The translations under genes were made by a program, and so were the position numbers. DNA of 63,902 nt, filler included, from Craspedostauros australis (taxonomy: Eukaryota): NCBI GenBank assembly GCA_030167865.1. It is 14 parts of 14 records of this genome, joined end to end, with 100 filler letters (N's around TTAATTAATTAA, not from the genome) between each part and the next. Parts side by side here need not be neighbours in the genome. Positions count along the whole stretch, not along the records: positions 51,205 to 59,600 come from JALAGF010004455.1; positions 59,701 to 62,111 come from JALAGF010004456.1; positions 62,212 to 63,902 come from JALAGF010004470.1; 11 more parts are not named here. One strand, 5' to 3'. Below, in pieces: positions 51,209-63,873 of this stretch (the first letter of the stretch is position 1; every line of letters begins with the position of its first letter). Below the pieces are notes generated by a model. The model had not been told where the DNA came from and did not search any database. It saw only the letters and a list, made by a program, of their open reading frames with translations.

Positions 51209-54200
51209 CCATAGTGATTTTTTTCTGCGTCAGGACGCAAAACGATCCCTTTTTGCGTCCTGACGCAAGCTAAATACGTCGCACCGTTTGTGTTTGCGTC
51301 AGGACGCATTCAAGAATTACTGTGGCAATTTAACACGAAGAGCAATCGTGATAGACTCGCTCGATTCCTTCGAATTTGTTTCTCCTCCTTCGAAATTGCA
51401 TTGCAACGGACAATCGCCTGCTTTCTTCTCTGTGTCGCTGTTGTGTTTGCGCCCATCACCATCCATGTCGACCTTGCTCCAGCAACGTCGTTCGTCTTCA
51501 CCTGCTCCACACCTCATTGCAGCAGCATCAACGTCTCTCTCGCCTTCCGCACTTCCCACTTTCACATCACCATGAGCATCCGTCTCCCTCAATCTTCCTC
51601 CAGTGCTGACAAAGATGCAACACCACCAGAAACAGGTTTCCATCCTCTCCGCCATCCCATGCCCCCACATGTATCTGCCATGGTTCCACCTGCAACTGCT
51701 CCGTCACCTCACTCTCCTCGCAACCCCAACTGCAGCCATGCTTCTGTGGCTGCTCACAGTCATGGCTTGGATGTTGCAAGTGCAGATGATGATGATGTCA
51801 GCCATCGCAGTGACAGTGATCATGCCAACAAAGGGTCCATTCTTGTTGAAGACTCTTTGCAGTTTGGGGTGCTCCCTTCGAACAAGGCTGCTCATAGTCA
51901 TCGAGTAGTCATCCCACCTTCAGAGAACTCTTCCCGGGGTATTCTTGAGTGGAGTGTGCTCAGCCCCAACCTTCACAGGACACGCATGACCTGCAGCGAG
52001 GCACATGACTTCAGTCTCCTCAATGCACGGTCTGAGGTGCAGTGCACCCGCAGCAACGTCCTCCAACTATTGCACCATCGTCCTCCATCCGTGCCAACCA
52101 TGAACGATTTGGTTCAACACCTCTTGGGCCCCTCCTCAGTTGTCTTTCTCACTGCGATGGGGCCAGAGGCATTTGGGCTGACCTACACTGAGTATCTTGA
52201 ACTCCTCTATGGATTCTGTGAGCAGATACTTCTGAGTTCAACAGTGAAGGGAATGTACGAGTCGCCTGAAACACGGATGCTGCCAAATTTCCCATCGCGA
52301 GATTCCTACATGGCAATTTGGAGTCGCATTGAACAGAACGGCGCACCAGACAACTACACTGGCCATCAATTCCTTTGGGTGGACCTAGAGAATGCGGTGA
52401 ATACTACGTTGAAAACTATCTGCCTTGCACGTGGAAAGTTCCATCGTATGGTCACCTTGGACGACGACAAAGTACATTGTCAGACTCGGGGCGAAAAGAG
52501 CTGCCTCTTGGGTCAGCGACATGTGCAATGTAATCGCGACGGGTAAGTTGCCGCTGCCAATTTGTGATGACTACTGACCGTTGCAATACGATCGTGTTAC
52601 TAACATTCTCTTCTCTGCATCTATTGCTCCTTCTTCCGTTTGCAGATTTACTTTGAATACATTGGTGCATACAGCGTCGGGATTGGTGGTTGGAGTCGCT
52701 GCCTCCCGTGATGGAGTTGTCAATGATAGTACTAACATACTAGGACAACTAGCCCAAGCAGATGGTCGTCTCCGCAATGTCACCATATTGTGTGACCGAG
52801 GCTACAATTCTGAAGAGCTGGCTACAGACCTGATGAGCAAACATGCCGACATCGAAGGGACGCAGAAGCGCAGCCCACACATCCCATTCACATACAATCC
52901 CAACACCAGGAATCGCGCCCTCCAAATGGATGTGGGCCGCCCAGGCCCGCCAATGCTGTCTGTGGCAACCACAAACAGCATATCGGGCCGCACGATGTGG
53001 TGCTATGCTTATCGCCAAGGACAGAATACTGTACTTGCGACGTCCTCCAAGCCCGGTGGATTCGACTGGGATATCAACTTTCGTCATCAACGAGACCAAA
53101 GGATGTATCACAACATGGTAGTACAGAAGGATGGTCCGAATCCGCAGTCAGAGTCGTACCCTCAATTCTTCCATGAATGCCTCTCTGATTTCCAGCGTTC
53201 GTCTGTGTATACTGCAGCGAAGGCAGTGACTACAACTGGCGTTGGCGCTCAAACCTACGGCCCCCTAACAGAGGCACAAACGGAAGCCGTCGCTGCAATC
53301 TCACCAAACGCAGCAAACACCGCCAACCTTGTCGCAGACGCCGAGCACGCAGTCCGAATGAGATGGAAGAAGAAGATCTGGGAGCTGCAAGTGGACGGTC
53401 TTACCTGCACACAAGGCGATCACATCTGGTTCCTCCAAAGGCGATTTTCCTTCACCAGCACATCTGTTTTTCGCATGATCGAAGCTGTACTCAACAGTGG
53501 CGAGTGGATCAACAGCGACAACGCCACCATCTTCAATCAAGTTGCTTGGGAGGAGGTCGGTCGCTATTATGGTTTCAATGTGGAGGGAAAGACGACCTCC
53601 TATGGCGCAGCAGTGGTGGAAGAAAGGGTGAGGGTGAAATGTCTGAGGCTGCACAGAGCACTGACCGACCCTGACACCAACACATGTTCGTTGGAGCAAC
53701 AACTTGGGGCCATGGTGCGTGAACTCAACAGTCCAATGGCATTTCTGACCGACACCGAACTTTCCTCTCTCATGGGGATGTTCTACATGAACAGAGCCAA
53801 ACGGGCGAGATCCACGAAGCTGAAATCGATGCAGATCATCCTTGCAGAGACGGATAAACTCCGGAGACGATTCATTTGCGTCAACGATCAAACGTTGAAG
53901 AAGCTGTTGCGAGAACGCATTCCGAATAAGAAACAGATCACCGAATCCAGAGTACAGATCATCAATCGGCTCATTGCCTTCGCGGTGAACGATGAAAGCA
54001 CTCGCGACGAGGAAGACAACGAAGGAGCAGACGACGACGAGGAAACACCGTGGATGATATCGTTGAAGCGTGATCTCACCACACTGATGCTTCAAGCCTG
54101 GTTCATGAAACGGCTCCGTGGCCAATCTTCGAAGGACGCGAAGATGGGCCACGACAACGAGAAGCCAATGATGGAAAAGATGATGGAGACGACGGACATC

Positions 54201-56671
54201 AACAACTCTGGTGCGTATGTGAAAGCTGCATTCCGGGCAGGGCTTGTGAAGAAGCGCGGCAGGAACTATGCTCGTGCATCAGTTGATTTTCTTGCCGTCG
54301 TGGGCGATCCAGCTGATGACACGAATGACGAGGTGTATGTTGTCGAGATGAAGACAAGAACTCGGCCTGGTACAGTCAACAATGAAAGACATCATCAACG
54401 GACCGCAGCCTTCAGGCATTCCATGGAGGACAATGGCCATGTGTATGTCAAGCAACAGAAGGAGAAGTGGCGAGGACTGTTCCAGCAAAAATCCGAAATG
54501 GTGCAGCTCCTCCACCATGCGTTCGTGTTTGGAGTGAAAGGAGCTGTGATTGCCATAGGTAAGTCCACCACACACATTCAGCATGCTGCAATCCTGATGT
54601 GCGATGAAATTCCAGTCTGCACATATCCTCACACATGCGTCCAACCCAATCCACACCGCCCTTTGTGTCACGCGCCTCACCATTGTTGATGGCAGGTGAC
54701 GAATTGGGCAACATCATTAGGTCAATGGCAACACACTTTGAACCTTCCCTCATGAAGTCCTACGGCATAGTCTTGCATGACCTTTTCTCCTTAATGTTGG
54801 ATTTCGCATACACCGAACGCAGCCACCTCCCAACGACAACCCTGTCAGGGAGGAGGTTACAGAAATACCTTCGCTCGAAGCGTAGCCCACAGAAGCGAGG
54901 ATCCGGCGGCCACCACATTGCCTCACTCACAACCGAGGATGTGTTTCATCAACTGATGATATGGAAGGCCTGCCAAGACCTTCCCTCCCCCATCCCACGG
55001 GTTCACACCTTGGTACCTTCCATCATCTCGCGATGGAATGCTCTAAAAGGTGGTTCCGATGTTGTCTCGCGAATGATCCGTCAGCACCAAGCACGGCTGC
55101 CATCCTCAAATTTCCAATGCTACGCTGTGGCACGGTTGCTGGAGGTGTACATGCTGTTCCTCCACAAATTGCATCAGTACTGCTGTACACCGGATGTGTT
55201 GGACAACAAAGATCTGGAGAGAACGCCAGCCATCCGGCACTACAGGATGATGCTCAATGGAAGACTGTCTGTCTCGGATTCGATCAAAGAAACAAGAGAC
55301 ACCCTTGCGCACATGCTGAGACAGATGAAGGAATCACGAAGGAATCACAACAGATGTATGGCGGAACAGAGAGCTGTGAAGATCAGCACTTCAAGTTCAG
55401 ATGACAAGAAGCCTCGCGTGCTTGATGGGAGGCCAACATGGGAGCACGAACCAATGGACAACTCGGCAGTCCGAGCTCTTTTGTCAAGCACTTCGACATC
55501 AATTTCCTCCGCCGAGGTGGCTCTCAACAAGCGCCTGCGCGAAGGAAATCATATGCCAATGCACTGCATCAAAACAAGACAACCATGTATTGTCTGTGGG
55601 GTCGCAACGCAATGGCTGTGCATGGAATGTCACCTGTTTGCGTGTGTTCCCCCCACTGCCAATCACAGAAAATGGGCGACACACTGTGGCATGGCAAATG
55701 AAGTCACGATGTGCAACATCATAATCAACAAGGAACCAGTGGATGCTAGCAACACCTGCTTTCGAATGCTACATGGAGACGACCGAGCATGGGCGCACCA
55801 AACAACAACTAGCTACGTGGAATGGAACAAAACAAACTCACCAAGGAAACAGAAAGGAAACAATGCAGGCAACAGCAAACTGGAAACAGAACGCCGCGCT
55901 ACAACCAGGAAAGCAGAGGAAAGGAATGGAGCAACAATAGTTGAAGCGATGCAACGGAAAGCTGGGCCCACTAGAAGGCAACATGCAAGTACGGTAGCAA
56001 CAACGAAGCCGGCGATGAGAACCAGAGCGGCGTCGGCGACCGCAGCGAGGACGCCCAAAGCGATGGAGGCGTCAGCAACAATGGCACGAAGTACCGCAAA
56101 CACAAAGACCAGAGTAAGCGAAATCGCCGTCCATGGGCAGAGAAGGGGGAAAAGAAAGGAAGAAGGCAATGCAGTGCACACACAACCAGTACCAAAGCGA
56201 AGATGGACTCGATCTCAAACCGTGCAATCCGGCGATGTTGCAACACGAACTCGTTCCAAAGGACTTGCTGGCATAACCATGGCGACAACGCAAGACCTTG
56301 AAAAGAAGCAATGCCCAGGGGATGGCCCACGATGCCAACTGTAAGTTAGATTTGTGTAGAAGTGTAGATGAAAAGCATATCCTTACTTACAATGCCATGA
56401 TGGTATGCGGTTGATGTCGTTCTGCAACACAAGCAGAGATGGAAAGCGCGAGAAAATAACAAGGGAACAAGCACGACAGAAAGATCGATGCCGAAATTGT
56501 GGGGGGCAAAAATCGCTTTTAATCCAACGAATCAATCACGAATCGACGTCGCGACAAATCGTCGCGGTATTTTTCATTTGCGTCAGGACGCAACAGTTCA
56601 CGCACACCGCTAGTAAACATCTGCGTCCTGACGCAAGGGGGGTCCTCTGTCGTGGGGAAAAATCACTATGG
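51209..56671 (+). mobile_element. Apparently complete 5463-bp piggyBac-like DNA transposon with ATAT flanks
   Basis: 14-bp TIR CCATAGTGATTTTT (51209-51222 / 56658-56671), ATAT on both sides (51205-51208, 56672-56675), five TGCGTC(AG/CT)GACGCA subterminal motifs and one long gene inside. Confidence 0.88.
51572..56344 (+). CDS. ~1510-aa piggyBac-like DDD transposase with embedded YqaJ-type exonuclease and C-terminal Cys-rich finger; exons 51572-52542, 52646-54558, 54696-56344
   Basis: Two GTAAGT..CAG introns (the first with a TACTAAC branch site) join three ORFs in frame (4533 nt). Transposase motifs VTLDDDK, ILCDRGY, EGTQK, WNALKGGSD; nuclease motifs TQGDHIWFLQRRFSFTST, GHDNE, ASVD, EMK, QLLH; CIVC..CMEC..C..CFRMLH. 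Confidence 0.8.
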
Positions 56672-56945
56672 ATATGTTACACGTAAACGTCGACGTTAAA
56701 ATGGAGAATCCGTGAAATTTTTTGCTATTTGGATTCACTATAGGCCCTGGGTCATGAAGGGATACACATCCAAAGACGCACATCCAACAATGCAGTCTCC
56801 ATCCGCTTTGTTGGAGGTGATGGCAACATCAAGATTGCCAGTTCTATGCATCGCCCATGTGTATCACAGCCAACCAACAACCGCCAACTTGCAATGATCA
56901 TGGCATTTATTCCAAACATAAGCATTGTTGTGTTCAGCATGTGCT

Positions 56946-57728
56946 TGTTGGCAAGTCCCAATATTGGTACACTTGCTGTTGCTTGCGATGAAGATGGTGG
57001 TGGTGATTGGTCTTGATTCTGTTTGCTATTTCATTACATAGAAACCGATACTCTTGGTGTTGACTCCAGTGCTCCTGGATGTCCTGTCTGTTGATCCAAG
57101 CCAACTATGAGTCAGATGCAGACGTGCTCCCTCTCATGATGCTCATCTTCGTCCCTGTACTTCTCTCTTACACTCATTCGTGTAGCACTCCTATGAGATC
57201 CTACACATTCGATTCATTGTTCATCACCTTATCATCCATGAGCATACTACCATGCGCATGTGTAGATGCTGTCGTCTCGTTCCGAACTCCTTCTTGACCC
57301 TTCAAGATCTCGATGACCAATCGACATTGAATCTTCCTTGTTCTCTGCCGGATGTTGAGACAGCTGTTGATGTGGTGACACAATGACATCCTGTCAACAT
57401 CAGCTGCTCTCTTCCATGCGTTCTCTGATTCCTCATTCCGTCATCATACGGTGGTCAGATGGTCATGTCGTCATTTCAGGTTTAGTTGCAACCTCCATCG
57501 ATCCTTGCTCGATGCCACGTCGGCTGGTGGACGTACAAAAGTCCTGATCCTCTCAGGTTAGATTGTCCCAACGTCCCCGTGTGATTCTTGGGTGATTTGG
57601 TGTGTCCGAGTTTGTTTTGTTGTTCTCAAACATGAAACGTTCGGGACACAAATATTGTCGATGCTAGTTGGTCGAGTCTAGGCAAGCCAATTGGATGGGC
57701 GATGCACATACACATATGCATCTCGACA
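56946..57728 (-). mobile_element. 3' LTR (783 bp) of a family A-related Copia, with PPT at 57729-57735
   Basis: Minus strand GGAAGGG|TGTCGAGATG ... GACTTGCCAACA, directly after the RNase H stop at 57749. Confidence 0.88.
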
Positions 57729-57748
57729 CCCTTCCTGTGTGCATTCGG

Positions 57749-59235
57749 TCATTCGAATGTTCTTGATGTGTCAAGGTATGACTTCTCGTGTTCACGTTGT
57801 AAGTCGGCCTTGATGTTCTTGGTGTATCCGTCGCTTGTGTTCTGCTTGGAGTTGACGAAGATGATTTCGATGGTCTTGTTGATTACCATGCTCCTCACGT
57901 AGTGATGGCGCACGTCGATGTGCCGCGATCGTTGGGATGTTGATGGGTTCTTGGCAATGAAGATCGCCCCGATGTTGTCCACACGGACTTTGATCGGTGT
58001 CTTCACAGGGACGCCCACACTTTCGAGTAGCTGCATGACGAAGCAGATTTCCTTTGCCGCTTTGGAAAGGGCAACGTATTCTGCTTCGGATGAGCTGAGT
58101 GTGACGGCCCTCTGTGCCTTGGATCACCAAAGGATTGGTACCTTGCACAGGTATAGGATGAACCCTCCTACACTGATTCTCGTGTTCTTGTCTCCTGCAT
58201 ATTCGCTATTGCAGAAGAGCTCCATGTCCCAGCCGTCGTCATCTGGACGCGCTGGATGGATCTTCAATCCATAGTCCTTTGTATCGATCACATANNNNNN
58301 NNNNNNNNNNNNNNNNNNNNNNNNNNNNNNNNNNNNNNNNATCAATACCTTGGAGAGTTCCCTCACAGGGTTCGCGATATCTGGTCGCGAGTGCTTGATG
58401 AGGAAGAGTAGCATACCGACACCTCGGCGGTATTTGGCATGTTCTTCCGGTCCGACCTTCTGTAGTCCGTTATCTTCGGATGGTCGTACGATGATTTGGC
58501 CCGGGGTTCCCGGCGTCGTGTAGCGTTGCATCTTCTCAACCTTGGTTCCAAACTCTTCGATGAGGTGTTGGATGAGATGTGGTTGACGCAACGTTGCTTT
58601 AGTCTTGTCATGGTTCAGTTCGATGTTGCAGCTGAGGTAGTCTCCGAGTCCACGCTCGATTGTCACCTTGAATTTGCTGCCTTGGATGTCCTTCAGGAAT
58701 GTCTCCAGTGCCTTGGAGTCTCCGCAACAGAAGCAATCGTCCACGTAGATGGCCACGATCATGCTTCCTTCCTTCGTCTTCCTGTAGAATAGGCACGGGT
58801 CTGCTGCGCTCTGTTCGAAGTTGATATTCTTGAGGGTCGATACCAACATCTTGAACCATTGCCTGGCGCTCTGCACAAGTCCGTAGATTGGCTTGTGTAG
58901 GGTCAGGGCTTCGTCTGGTTGATGATCCAACCCATTGGGACAGTTCATGTAGATCTCCTCGTCGAGGTTTCCGTGTAGGAATGCCGTTACGACATCTACG
59001 AGTGCGCAGTCCATCTTCTTGATCAACATGATCATCATGACTCAATAGGTCACGTCATGGATGACAGGTGAGTAATGCTCTTGGAAGTCTACTCCTGAGA
59101 CTTGTGAATAGCCACATGCAACGAGCCGCGCTCGATGTGTCCCGTCACGCTTCAGCTTGAAGACCCATTTGCATTTGCAGCATCTGCGGCCGCGTGGAAT
59201 GGTATCTCGCTTGATCTTGCTGTACACCTTGCGTG
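57749..59235 (-). pseudogene. Copia reverse transcriptase-RNase H with nonsense codons
   Basis: KWVFKLK, RARLVACGYSQ, DVVTAFLHG, YGLVQS, YVDD, RPDIA, VDNIGA, HIDVRHH. TGA stops at 59042 and 58124. Confidence 0.95.
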
Positions 59236-59520
59236 TGTTGGAAGGCTCCGCGCACGGAGAATCGGTAGTAGTCAACACTCTTTCTCAAAGTGCTTCTGTT
59301 ACTGTTATTGCTATTGATTGTTGATGAGCGAGCGTGGGGAATGAGATGATCAAGATGCTCTCTTGATCCATCTCTTCTTTGCTCTCATTGCTTGGTGCAA
59401 TCCTCTTGCACCTCCATGCACATTGCTCTCATGTTGCTCGTTGATGTTGACTTGATTGTCAACATTGTCGTCTCTCTGGTTTTGTCGAATCTGATGATTG
59501 ATCGAATCTGATGGAATGTT
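59236..59520 (-). mobile_element. Family B LTR inserted in the RT gene
   Basis: Ends ...CCTTCCAACA at 59236, abutting RT codons; homologous to 1-165. Confidence 0.75.
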
Positions 59521-59600
59521 TGTCGAGATGTACATGTGAGTATATGTCAAGATGTACGTGTATATGTGCATCGTTCACCCGTTATTCTCTCATACGCACT
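59521..59600 (+). mobile_element. 5' end of a family A LTR inserted into the family B LTR
   Basis: TGTCGAGATGTACATGTGAG... matches 17475 and 13352. Confidence 0.88.
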
Positions 59601-60714
59601 NNNNNNNNNNNNNNNNNNNNNNNNNNNNNNNNNNNNNNNNNNNNTTAATTAATTAANNNNNNNNNNNNNNNNNNNNNNNNNNNNNNNNNNNNNNNNNNNN
59701 GGGCAAGCCATCACAGAGTTCAATTCGAGTCAGTGTTGCTACTGTGTTGAATGCGCTTCAGATGCGTGCATGACGAGTGCTTGATTCGCCTGTTGTCGGT
59801 TGGAGGCAGCGGTGGAGGATTCCATCCGCACAGTAAGCTGGCGCAAAGACACAAGGCGCCCCACAGTGCCCAGCATCAGCGCATCCGACTTCGTGACGCA
59901 CTCACTTCGGTTTCAGTCACTGGCAAAAGACGGAGAATCGACCCAAACGCCACACAGCAACAAGCTGGCTGTCGCAATCATCCCCCGTGGTTGGAACTGC
60001 AACACGAACATCGCAGCGCACACGAGATGAGCAGAATTTGTCTTGGTTTGGTGATGCGCACGCCCGCTGTGTTCACCGTGACAGAAGCGGTCATGTTGAT
60101 TGCGCAGAGTAGTGGGAGAGAACAGATGAGAGTGTGTGCGTTGCGATTGGGTGTCGGACAGCGCATGCGACACGACCTTCACTCTCCGCTGTTCATGTGA
60201 TTCACCGCGATGTTTATTGCTGATGTCATCACGCGCGTCCGTCTGCGAGGAGTCGCGGTGGAGCACATCGAGATGATAACGGTAGCAGTTTCCTCAATTT
60301 GAAAATGTAGAACCGCGCGTGGCGAGAGCACGTTTCCCTGGATGCGCACCTCCTCACGAAGCACGCACACGAAAGGCGGTTCCACAACATGTGATTGATG
60401 TTCGGATGAGTTCCACACATCCAACGATGGAAGCGAAGCAAGATCAACATGTATGCCCCTGTAGCTCTTTGTGTCACAAGGTGCAGTGCTCGGGGTATTT
60501 CCCGCGGATAGCACAGGCGCCTATTTATGGGGTCGAAACAGGCCAACCAACGGAACGGACACGAGTTTCTCCGCACGCATGCGTTGAGCGTCACTGTCAT
60601 TCGCAACGCCCCTTGTACAGCCCAGTGTGCGAAGTCGTACCTATGTCGTGTCCAAGTCGTGACAGGGTCGCGTCCAAGTCGTGCATCCATTGCACCAATG
60701 TCACATCGAAGGCA

Positions 60715-61260
60715 CGTCTACGTCGCGTTCACGTCGTGCTCACGTCGTGCTCATGTCGCGTCCCTTGCACGTCCCCTTGCTCGTCACTTGCTCGTCCCCT
60801 TGCTNGTCACTTGCACGTCCCCTTGCTNGTCGATTCCTGAAAAATCGACATGTCCCTTACCGCACTTTACTTATAGAGAGATGTCACAGTATCGTAGGTG
60901 ATCAGTCTGGAGACGCCGCAATGCAAATCTCTGTTGTCAACTGTGTTTCAGAATGATGTTGCAATCAAGATCAAATACGTGTGCTAGCATGATATGGATA
61001 GTACGCTTACGTTCATGCAATCTATTTTTAAAAAGTGCACTCTGCCGCCCTTTAAAATACAACTAGATTAGACACCGTAGTATGGACGTTTTCGCAGCAT
61101 GTCACACCGACAAAACCACGGTAATTGCGAGAAATTTGGTTGTCACTTGCGCGTCCCCTTGCTCGTCACTTGCTCGTCCCCTTGCTCGTCGATCCGGTCC
61201 TCTGTCGTGTCTGTCGCATGTTCATGTCGTGCTTGTCGCACGTCCGTGTCGTGTCCAAGG
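60715..61260. repeat. Two clusters of CGTC(CC/A)CTTGC(T/A) short repeats
   Basis: Arrays at ~60715-60830 and ~61140-61260 share CGTCCCCTTGCTCGTCACTTGCTCGTCCCCTTGCT. Confidence 0.8.
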
Positions 61261-62211
61261 CGTGTTCATAGGGATACCATGTCGATCCAGTGTCGTGACC
61301 ATGTCACTACCAACGCATGTCGCTTAACATACTCAGTGACGGTTACGCGAGTGCCAATGCGCGTTCGCGAGTGCGAAACTTCGGAAGAACACCGATCCGA
61401 CGGGGCTTGGACACTGGAGCGTGTTCTCCCCCATGTATTGCCCCTCCCTCTTCGACGTGCTGGTGCGTTCGCCACGTCGGTCACTGTAGTTTCACCGCTC
61501 CTCATCTGTGTTGGGGCATAGTATCATGATACTCACATGTGCCGAAAGCGCTCGTGTTCGCTGGAAATCNGAGACGAAGAACGCNCTATCATTCCCAGGT
61601 ACTGAGCGTGACTCTCAATGACTCAACGGACAAATACAGCCTGGGGGATGCGGGTAACCACTAATAGATTGGCGAATCAGTCAGCACCGCGTCCGATCGT
61701 CACGATCATGCAGCGGTCAACCTCACCAGCGGAAGAACAACCATGAAGATGTCTGCTACCGGGCCCTCCTCAACTCGAGCACCATCAAACGTGCATCATC
61801 GGTCAGGCCAATCCACGTTCGGGATAGACTACCGTTGTTTGAATAGTCAGACATGAACATACACGTACAGTTTTCAGAAGTATTACCTCAACTCTTCACG
61901 TCTAGCAACAATGTCAATGAGCGCAAATGAAGATGTTACCAATCTATCTTGCAGTCTGTGTGGTTGCATACATGTGCTATCGCATGTCTAGCTTGGTGTC
62001 TCAAAGCCATGTGTCTCGAAGATAGGAAAACTGGCAGGAGCGAAAGCAGTGACTGGGTGTCTCTTGCGAAGCAGTACTTCGAACACAACCATTGCACTCT
62101 GCGCATCTCTTNNNNNNNNNNNNNNNNNNNNNNNNNNNNNNNNNNNNNNNNNNNNTTAATTAATTAANNNNNNNNNNNNNNNNNNNNNNNNNNNNNNNNN
62201 NNNNNNNNNNN

Positions 62212-63799
62212 CTCCGACCCAGACACACTCTCCTTCGACGAGGCCATCCGCGATGACAATAGAGACGCATGGATGCAAGCGGCGAACAAAGAAATACAAG
62301 ATCTCACCGAGAAGGGTACATGGGAGGAAGTCAACAAGGACACTGTGCCGTATGGAGAGAAGATCTACCCAGGAACGTGGGTCTTTCGCCGCAAGCGCCT
62401 CCCCGATGGTACAATCAAAAAGTACAAGGGTCGATGGTGCTGCCGCGGCGATCTCATCTTCGAAGACTCTTTGACTTATGCGCCAGTCGTGGCATGGTCC
62501 TCCGTTCGCATCTTCCTAATCACGTCCATCGTCCTGGGATGGGTCACAACATCCATCGACTTCACCAACGCCTTCGTCCAAGCAGAGATTCACAAACCGG
62601 TGTTTCTCCATCTGCCACGAGGATTCAAGTCAAGCAAGGGATCGAATACCTGCCTCGTTCTCAGGAAGAGTCTATACGGACTCACCATCGCCCCTCGTCT
62701 GTGGTACGAACACCTCATTCGAGCCCTCCTTGCCGAAGGATTCACGGCTTGCGATCAGGAGCAGTGCCTCTTCATCCGCGAAGGCATCATGATAGTCCTC
62801 TACGTCGATGACGCCGGCATCGCATCCAAGACCAAGAAATTCGCAGACGATTTCATCCGCTCCATGCGAAACCGAGGATTCGAACTCACCCAAGAAGGAA
62901 GCTTCAACGAGTTCCTTGGTATCGAAGTCAACCGTGACCCACAAGCCGACTACATCCACTTGCGGCAGCCAGGGCTCATTCAAAAGGTGCTCGCGGCGAC
63001 AGGCATGATGGAATGCGGCGGAGCTGACACACCCGCGGCCCAAACCGCACTTGGCAGGAACGAGCATGAGCCACCCATGGATGAAAATTGGAACTACCGC
63101 TCCGTGGTAGGCATGCTACTCTACCTTACCACCAACACACGTCCAGACCTCGCATTCGCTGTCTCCCAAGTCGCTCGCTTCGGAAGCGACCCTCGTCGCT
63201 CACACGCAAAAGCGATTAAGCGAATTATGCGATACTTGAAGGCTACGCAGGACAAGGGCACCATCATACGCCCCACTGGACAACTGGACCTCAAGTGCTT
63301 CGTTGACTCCGACTTCGCAGGACTCTACAGACAAGAGCCCGACCAGGATCGCACAGCGGTCAAGTCGCGTACCGGGTACCTCATCAAACTGGGAGGATGC
63401 CCGCTCATCTGGAAGTCCAAGCTTCAAACGGAAATCGCGCTCTCAACAATGGAGGCTGAGTACGCTGCGCTCTCCCTCGCAATGCGCACCCTCATTCCGA
63501 TTCAACAGCTCATCCGCCAGGTCATCGACAACGCTGGCACAGACATGCCCTTGCACACAAACCTTCAGTGCACCGTCTTCGAAGACAACGAAGCATGCAT
63601 CTCACTCGCCACCAATCACCAACCCACTGCTCGAACCAAACACTTCCTCACCAAGTGGCACTTCTTCTGGTATTGGGTCAAGGCTGGGTTCATCTGTGTA
63701 CAACACATCCCAACAGGCGAGCAGCTGGCCGACGTCTTCACTAAGGGATCAATCGTCCAGACCTTCCGGTACTTGCGATTCCAAATCATGGGATGGTAA
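62212..63799 (+). CDS. Copia reverse transcriptase-RNase H, intact frame, 5' cut by the contig edge
   Basis: TWVFRRKR, DFTNAF, SLYGL, YVDD, RPDLAF, DSDFAG, EAEY, FEDN, ADVFTK. Confidence 0.96.
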
Positions 63800-63873
63800 G
63801 AGAAACATTCATTCAAATATCAACCACGGATGAAGTTTTCACCGATGTCACGATTTCACTGCGACTCAACACT

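Noticed and set aside
51290..56344. Three separate genes, with an ISL2EU-style separate exonuclease ORF
   Set aside because: Canonical introns join the ORFs in frame, and D2 and the nuclease motifs already share one uninterrupted exon.
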